A stretch of DNA of 64,000 nt, taken from an uncultured Bacteriovoracaceae bacterium (lineage in GTDB: Bacteria; Bdellovibrionota; UBA2428). The notes below the pieces were generated by a model. It had not been told where the DNA came from. It was given only the letters and a program-made list of their open reading frames with translations, and did no database searches. The DNA is taken from positions 1,932 to 65,931 of the forward strand of contig CALFZE010000104.1 in assembly GCA_937952285.1 (NCBI GenBank), given 5' to 3'. Below, one piece after another: positions 56,956 to 64,000 of the stretch. How positions within the stretch are numbered: the stretch's first letter is position 1; the number at the start of each line of letters is the position of its first letter. Both the position numbers and the translations under genes were made by a program.

Positions 56956-57612
56956 TTGCGCAATCGGGGTCTCAGTCTGGCGACCGATCTGAAGTCCTTC
57001 TTCGAGGACGAGATCCGCTTGACCTTGTCGCGACAAGGCGTCGGCATCTCGCCCCCCACCGTCGAGTACCTCGCTTCGGTCCTCGCGAAATTCGGCGATA
57101 CCAAAAATCTGCTGAAGCCGGAAGACTTCGACGAGAACGGCCAGGCCTCCCGCCAAGGGCTGCCGACCCTCGCCCTCCTTTGGCTCGAAGGTCTCGCGAA
57201 TCCCGCGCCCTTCGAGCGTCTCGTCCAAATGCAGCACCTCGGCGACGTATCCCTCTTCATGACGGGATTCTTCGCCGAGAATCTCGAGCGTCGCGCGCTC
57301 GACATGGATTATTCCATCGCGATGGGAGCGCGCGCCTACGAGACCGCGGGCAAGATCCGCGAGTCGCTGGCCGCCGAACGCACGCTCAACGTGTACTTCG
57401 AACTCGCCTCGGAGTTCCGCCGCCTCGTCGAAGTCTTCGCCGAGGTCTCCGATCGCGCAAAACTCCACGATGCCAAGGCCTTGCTTCGTCTCTACGAGCG
57501 CTGGCTCGAGACGAAGCGTCCTCGCTTGCACCGCATGCTGGCCGAAGAAGGCATCATCGCGGCCGAACGCGCGTTCGAGAACGGCCCTAGCGACCCGCGC
57601 CGAAAGGCGTAA
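56956..57612 (+). CDS. Conserved hypothetical protein (first of a gene pair)
   Basis: GGAGGAGGAG RBS. Motifs YLASVL..F and GDVSLF.TGFF......DMDYSIAMGARAY. Confidence 0.75.
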   Translation: MRNRGLSLATDLKSFFEDEIRLTLSRQGVGISPPTVEYLASVLAKFGDTKNLLKPEDFDENGQASRQGLPTLALLWLEGLANPAPFERLVQMQHLGDVSLFMTGFFAENLERRALDMDYSIAMGARAYETAGKIRESLAAERTLNVYFELASEFRRLVEVFAEVSDRAKLHDAKALLRLYERWLETKRPRLHRMLAEEGIIAAERAFENGPSDPRRKA

Positions 57613-57617
57613 CGGCG

Positions 57618-58211
57618 ATGCGTTTTCTTCGCGACATCCAGATTCATCTCGAGGAATGGTACGGCGCCTCGACGGGGCTCGACGTCGGTGACTTCGTCGT
57701 GGCGGCGCCCAACTTCGGGCGGCTCGGCGAACTTCTCGTCCAGGACGAAGCGGGCGACCTCGAGATCGCCCTGCTCCTCGACCGCGACATCCTGGCCGCC
57801 TGGGATCCGCACGGAGAGAAGTCCACGGCGCCCGAACCGACGCGCGCGCTCACCGTGCCTTTCGAGGAAGTCAGCCACTTCGTGTACCTCGGCTTCAACC
57901 ATCGCCGGGGCCGTAACGTCACCGCGCTCGAGATGGAAATCCAGTCCGAGATCGACCGCGTGCTGCTTGCCTACCACGGCCCCTTCGGACTGCGCGACGA
58001 ACAGAGCGCGGCCATCCTGAACGAACTGAACGAGCGTCGCTACGAAAGCGCCCGCCACGAAGAGAGCCGCGTGGCGGCCGCGGCGTTTCTGCGACGGCTC
58101 TCGGGCGGCGATCCCCGCGCCTGGAACGAACGCGAGCGGGAAAGCCTGCGGGCTTTCTTCCACTCGGATCTCTCCGAAAAGCTGCGCTTCGCCCGGGGAG
58201 GTCGGCCATGA
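57618..58211 (+). CDS. Conserved hypothetical protein (second of the pair; EExxH...E motif)
   Basis: ELLVQDE...LEIALLLD, EEVSHFVYL and ALEMEIQSEID. Confidence 0.72.
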   Translation: MRFLRDIQIHLEEWYGASTGLDVGDFVVAAPNFGRLGELLVQDEAGDLEIALLLDRDILAAWDPHGEKSTAPEPTRALTVPFEEVSHFVYLGFNHRRGRNVTALEMEIQSEIDRVLLAYHGPFGLRDEQSAAILNELNERRYESARHEESRVAAAAFLRRLSGGDPRAWNERERESLRAFFHSDLSEKLRFARGGRP

Positions 58212-58528
58212 ACGAAAAATTCCGCGAGGCTCGCCGCTTTCTGCTGGAACGCCCGGCCGTGCTGATCGACCCATCCACCCGATTCAAGGTGGGCTCGCTC
58301 GTGCTCGATCTTTCGCTGACGGGCGCGAGCCTCGAGCTTCCTCCCGGCATCAAGCTTCCTAAGATCGTCGACCTTCGCTGGGAACCCCTGACGGGCGCGC
58401 CGCCGCTCGTCTTGAAGTGCGAGCTCGTTTGGCAAAAGGCGGCACGCGCGGGCGTGCGCTTCCAAAACATGCCGCCCAAGACACGAACCTTGCTCGATCG
58501 CTTCCTCAATATCCGCTTCGCGGATTAA
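58208..58528 (+). CDS. PilZ-domain protein
   Basis: RxxxR (REARR) and DLSLTGA (D/NxSxxG), VWQK and GVRF. Confidence 0.85.
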   Translation: MNEKFREARRFLLERPAVLIDPSTRFKVGSLVLDLSLTGASLELPPGIKLPKIVDLRWEPLTGAPPLVLKCELVWQKAARAGVRFQNMPPKTRTLLDRFLNIRFAD

Positions 58529-58548
58529 AGGGCGCCTAGCCTGACGCC

Positions 58549-59346
58549 TCAGTTCCAGGTAACGGGGTACTTGCCGGAGCCCGAGCGCTCGTCGTTGTTG
58601 ACGACCACGCTTAAGCGGCGCTTGAGTTCGTCGCGGTCCATCGGGCGACGACGTCCGAAGGGACCCCCGCCGAAACCGCCCAGATCCTTGCCGAAGAACT
58701 TGAGCAGGAGGTAACCCGTCACGAGCCCACCGAGATGCACGAGGTGAGCCACGCCGCCGCCCGTCTTAGGGTCGCCGTAGAAGACCGCCGAAAGGAACGT
58801 CATCGCGGCCATGAGCGCGGTGAAGTGCTTGGCCTTCATCGGAGCGATGAAGAATACGAGGATCACGGCTTCGCCGAAAAGCATTCCGAAACCGACCATC
58901 AAGCCGTAGAGCGATCCCGAGGCGCCGATCACGGGGATCCCACCGAGTTCCGCCGCGCCACCGTAGCCGAAGAGCGAAAGCGCGAGCCAAACGATCGAGT
59001 GAAGGATGGCGCCGCCCACGGCGCAAAGCCCGTAGAACCAGAGGAAGCGTTTCGTACCCCAACGTCGCTCAAGCTCCGATCCCATCGTGTAGAGGACGAG
59101 CGCGTTGAGCATGAGATGCCCCATCCCCCCGTGGAGGAAGGGGTAAGTCAGGATCTGCCAAAGACGTCCGGAGAAGAAGGCCTCGGGACTGAACCCCAGC
59201 CAGTAGGTGGCCGACACGCCCAAAAAGTTTTCGAGACTGAGCTGAAGCACGAAGCCCACCGCGATCGCGATGAGCAAACCCTTCACGGCGGGCGTCAAGC
59301 GCGGCTGAAACGCCGCCCCGAAGCCACCTTGACCGTAGGCGTTCAT
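58549..59346 (-). CDS. Rhomboid family intramembrane serine protease
   Basis: WQILTYPFLHGG..HL..N, IGASG (catalytic Ser) and AHL.HLGG...G. Confidence 0.95.
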   Translation of the reverse strand: MNAYGQGGFGAAFQPRLTPAVKGLLIAIAVGFVLQLSLENFLGVSATYWLGFSPEAFFSGRLWQILTYPFLHGGMGHLMLNALVLYTMGSELERRWGTKRFLWFYGLCAVGGAILHSIVWLALSLFGYGGAAELGGIPVIGASGSLYGLMVGFGMLFGEAVILVFFIAPMKAKHFTALMAAMTFLSAVFYGDPKTGGGVAHLVHLGGLVTGYLLLKFFGKDLGGFGGGPFGRRRPMDRDELKRRLSVVVNNDERSGSGKYPVTWN

Positions 59347-59669
59347 AAGAGGGTCGCTCCCTTCTCGTCCTTATTTTGTTCGAGCGCGTCCAAACTTTCG
59401 TCGGACAAATCGTAATAAAGGAAAGAGCGAATCGAGTCGGGCAGGAGGTCCGCTTCCCACTCCACGAAACCCGCGGCCGCTCCGAGGGGCACCTCTTCGG
59501 CGGCGGCGAGTCGCTCCTGTTCGAGTTGGTTTTCGAGGGACTGAAGCCCTTCGAGGAGCTGCCGAACCGGAATCGAGGAACGGGCCGAACCCGCGAACGC
59601 GGAGGCCGAGGCCAAGACGGCAAAAAGCCCGAAGCAGATTTTATGCATCCACTTCAGGCTTTTCGACAT
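59343..59669 (-). CDS. Small exported hypothetical protein
   Basis: Signal peptide (SAFA), acidic helical body and 4-nt overlap with the rhomboid gene. Confidence 0.55.
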   Translation of the reverse strand: MSKSLKWMHKICFGLFAVLASASAFAGSARSSIPVRQLLEGLQSLENQLEQERLAAAEEVPLGAAAGFVEWEADLLPDSIRSFLYYDLSDESLDALEQNKDEKGATLL

Positions 59670-59700
59670 AGGGCTTGGATCTTACACGAAAAATCGTGCT

Positions 59701-60510
59701 TTAGAACACTCGGGCCAATTCGATGTAGTACGCGCCGCCCTTCTTCGACATGAGCGTGAAGCCCTTGCCGAAGGCCGAGGGACCGTGGCTGAAGCCCACT
59801 TCGATGCTCGTGTCCCAGATCGCCGGGCTCGAGTAAGCCACGCCGTAGGAGTGGTAGAAGCGGTGCTTGAACGAACCTTCCGTAGCGCCCTGGGCCGCCA
59901 GAACGAGCGCGCCGTCAACGGTCCAGTTGAGGTTCGCCGAGAAGGATTCCGAGATTTGGTAGCTCGGGAGGAACTCGAGCACGTGCGAGTAGATCGCGTT
60001 ACCCGTGCGCTTGTCGCCCGCTTCGCCCGTCGAGAGGACTTGGTAGCGATTGCGCAGAAGGCCGGCCGAAAGGGTCAAACGGCCCAAGATGTTCAGCTTG
60101 CTGTCCAAGAACGAACGCGAGATGTCCGGACGGACCGAAAGCGTACCGAACGAGCCGGCTTCTTGCAGAGCCATCGTCGTCGGCAACGCGTAGCGGTACA
60201 TCATGCCGACCTTCCAAGCGCCGACGCGAGCGAGCGAATTGTCACGCAGGTAGATACGAGCGTAGGTGTGCGAAGCCGAAACCGCGCTCTTGCCACCCGT
60301 CGTCAAGTTGAAGTCCGTGCGGAGCTCGGGGATGAGGGAGTAACGATCGTTGATCTTAACGGTGTTCGCCAAGTAAACGAGACCCGAGAAGTCGCCGACG
60401 ACGGATTCAAAGGTGTTCCCCATCAAGAGAACGACCGTGGTAGGGCCGGCGAAAACGGGCGCCTGGGAAAGGCCCAAAGCCAAAGCAATAATCTTCGAAA
60501 TCTGTTTCAT
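59701..60510 (-). CDS. Putative outer-membrane beta-barrel protein
   Basis: GAGGAG RBS, signal peptide, amphipathic strands and terminal YYIELARVF. Confidence 0.65.
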   Translation of the reverse strand: MKQISKIIALALGLSQAPVFAGPTTVVLLMGNTFESVVGDFSGLVYLANTVKINDRYSLIPELRTDFNLTTGGKSAVSASHTYARIYLRDNSLARVGAWKVGMMYRYALPTTMALQEAGSFGTLSVRPDISRSFLDSKLNILGRLTLSAGLLRNRYQVLSTGEAGDKRTGNAIYSHVLEFLPSYQISESFSANLNWTVDGALVLAAQGATEGSFKHRFYHSYGVAYSSPAIWDTSIEVGFSHGPSAFGKGFTLMSKKGGAYYIELARVF

Positions 60511-60654
60511 AATCTCCTCGAAAAATTCCCCTAAAATTGCGGTCGGGCGCCAACCTCAAACGGTTTACGCCCTCAGTCAAGGTGCAAGGTACAAGGAAAG
60601 GCTCTTAAAGACAGCGAAAGCCGCATATTGAGCCCATCAAAAGCTCGATATGAC

Positions 60655-60701
60655 AAAAAACGCCTACGCCCTTCCGTTTGAGCGGAGGGGCGAGGCTTTT
60701 T
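60655..60701 (-). terminator. Rho-independent (probably bidirectional) terminator of eno
   Basis: AAAAAA-CGCCTACGCCCTTCCG-TTTGAG-CGGAGGGGCGAGGC-TTTTT, immediately after the eno stop. Confidence 0.8.
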
Positions 60702-60706
60702 CTGGC

Positions 60707-61990
<1,284 letters not shown>

Positions 61991-62065
61991 AAGTGCCCAC
62001 AGGGATAGCACGACGGCCGGAGCAGGCAACGCCCCCACTGGGACAGGCTCAACGACTTGGCGCGG

Positions 62066-62110
62066 AAAATGCTTGGGCCGATCCTGTCCCACGGACGGGA
62101 TCGGCCCAAG
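62066..62110 (-). terminator. Terminator-like hairpin on the strand antisense to peptide B, upstream of eno
   Basis: Stem CTTGGGCCGATCC/GGATCGGCCCAAG (62072-62110), followed on the minus strand by CATTTT. Confidence 0.5.
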
Positions 62111-62136
62111 GAAGGACCCCTTGAAAGGAGGTCCTT

Positions 62137-62277
62137 ATGCAAGACTGGCAGTTAGCCCTGCTTATCCTGCAAGTACTGAGAGAACTAGCAGTGTTGCTAG
62201 TTCTCCTTTCGGCGAAAGCCGAAAGGCTCTTGAGTCGTAAAAACCGAAGAAAGCGTCGATCCTCGCGGTCAAGCTAA
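62137..62277 (+). CDS. 46-aa hydrophobic peptide with basic tail, copy B (putative type I toxin-like)
   Basis: AAGGAGG lies 5 nt before the ATG. Translation: MQDWQLALLILQVLRELAVLLVLLSAKAERLLSRKNRRKRRSSRSS. Confidence 0.7.
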   Translation: MQDWQLALLILQVLRELAVLLVLLSAKAERLLSRKNRRKRRSSRSS

Positions 62278-62341
62278 ACCGACGTTCGGCGTGATCCGAA
62301 CCTAGCGGGCAAGGAAAGCCCCATTCCGTCCGGGGGACGCC

Positions 62342-63736
62342 TTACTTGTTGTAATAGGGATCTTCGACGCTCTGACCGTCCGACTTCAACCGAAGTCCCG
62401 GAGCGAGAATCGCGTTGGGATCGTTCGCGTTAGCCCAAGGCGGCAACGGAAGTTTGTTGTCCTCCGTAAAGGCGCGATGATTGTAGTTGAAGTTTTTCGG
62501 TCGTTCCCAAACTCGGAGGTCTCCGTTTGCGTCCCGCATGACCTCCCAGCGGCGGCCGGAAACGGGATTCACCCACACCGCGGATGAGAATTGTTCCTCA
62601 CCACGGAAATCGAGCCCAAAACCCGAAAGCTCCGGGCTCGAGTTAGGGTTCGACGCTCGAAAGCGTGCGACCTCCTGTCCGAACTCCGAGTCCGCCGGAA
62701 GCCGTTTGGCGAAGCCTTCCCGTAGCAATTTTTCCGTCTCGCTTCGCTGGGCGTTCGACAAAAGTTCGAGATTCCCGAAGCCGTTCTTAGCCTTGTACCA
62801 CGGCAAGCTTTCGGCAATGTACTCCGCCTTCTGCTCTATCTGCTCTTCGGTCCACTCCGGAAAGCGTTTCCGAATCTCGCGGAGGTAGTGCTCTTTGACG
62901 AGCGGGCGCTCGGGATCAACGTCGAGAGTCGCATCCGTGATGATGAGGTCCTTGGGATCGACAGGCGACTCGAGCGGCCTGCCCTCTTTCACTTCGTGTT
63001 TAAGAACGACGCTCGGGACATTGTCGCAGGCGAGTCCGAACTCGCGTCTATCGGGGATGGGTAAATCGACTCGGTCGAGGGTCGAGGCACCTTCGGGTAT
63101 CACAATCGCAAAACTCGCCGTACCGATCTTGAGATAGAAAGTGAGCACACGTGGCTGTCCAGGTACCGAGGCTTTCGCAACGACCAAGTTCACTACCTCT
63201 GCGGTGCCTACATGGTCGCCAGTCAGTGCCTCGGGCACCTTTTGGGCAGCCACATTTCTTCGCAAGGCATAAACCTTATCGAGAAGCGCGAAAAACTTCG
63301 CAGCCGGCTCGGGCCGATTGCGATCAAATGTTTCGAGCTCGGCCTCCAAGGCCTTGAGCTTGTCTTTATCCTGCTTGTACTTGGAGGCACGTTCGGACAA
63401 AAAGCCCCTCAATCGAGCGTTCAGAGGGGCGAGATTTTTGGGATCGAAGTTTCCGACCTGTCCGAGCGTGGCCCCCAAGGCGTTCACAAAGTTTGTCGGC
63501 TTCAAAGTGTCACGACGAGTGAACTCGCCGTCGATGTTCCCTGCGAACCAATGCCGGGCACAAAGAATGTCGCAAAGTCCGCGAGAAGGGTGATCCAGAG
63601 AGAGAGCCTCTTTTGTGTCCGCTCCACAAAGCTGCGGGGACTGGCCCGACTTGACGAGTTCCTCGATGACTTTCTTCTCATGCGCGGATCCGTGGGACAC
63701 GGCAAAGAGCACGAAAAGTCCGATGAGAGCTTTCAT
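62342..63736 (-). CDS. Secreted hypothetical protein
   Basis: 464-aa ORF with a signal peptide (SHGSA). No family recognised. Confidence 0.7.
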   Translation of the reverse strand: MKALIGLFVLFAVSHGSAHEKKVIEELVKSGQSPQLCGADTKEALSLDHPSRGLCDILCARHWFAGNIDGEFTRRDTLKPTNFVNALGATLGQVGNFDPKNLAPLNARLRGFLSERASKYKQDKDKLKALEAELETFDRNRPEPAAKFFALLDKVYALRRNVAAQKVPEALTGDHVGTAEVVNLVVAKASVPGQPRVLTFYLKIGTASFAIVIPEGASTLDRVDLPIPDRREFGLACDNVPSVVLKHEVKEGRPLESPVDPKDLIITDATLDVDPERPLVKEHYLREIRKRFPEWTEEQIEQKAEYIAESLPWYKAKNGFGNLELLSNAQRSETEKLLREGFAKRLPADSEFGQEVARFRASNPNSSPELSGFGLDFRGEEQFSSAVWVNPVSGRRWEVMRDANGDLRVWERPKNFNYNHRAFTEDNKLPLPPWANANDPNAILAPGLRLKSDGQSVEDPYYNK

Positions 63737-63743
63737 TGTCTAC

Positions 63744-64000
63744 CTATTCGTAGAATTTGGCGCGGGTGGGGTCGTACTTCTCTTCTTCCGGCTTCCACTT
63801 CGGATCGACGAAACGTTTGTACTTGCGGTTCAGGCGACTCAGCAGCAGCGAGCCTTCGCGGCCGCCGAGCTCCTCGCCGACGAGGTCGGCGATTTGATCC
63901 GCGGAAACGCCGCGACGTTCGCGGGCCATTTTGCCGCGCAGGTTTTCGAGGATCTTTTGCGTGAGGAGCGAAGTGAAGCGCTCGTCTTCGATCGTGAGAT
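63744..64000 (-). CDS. 3' end of a protein running off the window
   Basis: The frame is open to the window edge: ...LTIEDERFTSLLTQKILENLRGKMARERRG...KYDPTRAKFYE. Not identified. Confidence 0.6.
   Translation of the reverse strand, partial: LTIEDERFTSLLTQKILENLRGKMARERRGVSADQIADLVGEELGGREGSLLLSRLNRKYKRFVDPKWKPEEEKYDPTRAKFYE

Larger units (their letters stand above)
62063..62277 (+). repeat. Dispersed structured element, copy B
   Basis: Collinear homology to the reverse complement of 22682-22924, with the same four hairpins. Confidence 0.9.

Overview
A GC-rich chromosomal window from a Gram-negative (diderm) bacterium. The gene repertoire suggests Bdellovibrionota or a related deltaproteobacterial lineage (inference). 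About 1-22 kb holds housekeeping and envelope genes: bamD, alaS, xerD, ygfZ, an M14 peptidase, dtd, rnj, dacB, a family-5 solute-binding protein, a REC-GGDEF protein, rsmE, an rfaE2-like gene, gpmA and a Pif1 helicase. About 23-55 kb is a mosaic surface-polysaccharide locus with frequent strand switches. It carries Wzm/Wzt, two apparent lipid-carrier GT2/GT-C modification systems, a LuxC/LuxE/ACP/Fe-ADH/AMP-ligase/GNAT acyl-group module, three DegT aminotransferases, a TagF/NTP-transferase/HAD/methyltransferase set and an L-sugar pathway. About 55-64 kb holds kdsD, an uncharacterised gene pair plus PilZ, a rhomboid protease, eno and orphan genes. The most striking signal is absent from the ORF track: two paralogous elements of about 215-245 nt, 39 kb apart (22682-22924 on the minus strand, 62063-62277 on the plus strand). 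Each encodes a homologous 46-55 aa Leu-rich, basic-tailed peptide behind a hairpin-sequestered AGGAGG. Both share four hairpins, two with compensatory base changes, and have a terminator-like hairpin plus T-tract on the antisense strand. This resembles a type I toxin-antitoxin or dual-function sRNA family that I do not recognise. No rRNA, tRNA, CRISPR array or transposase was seen.
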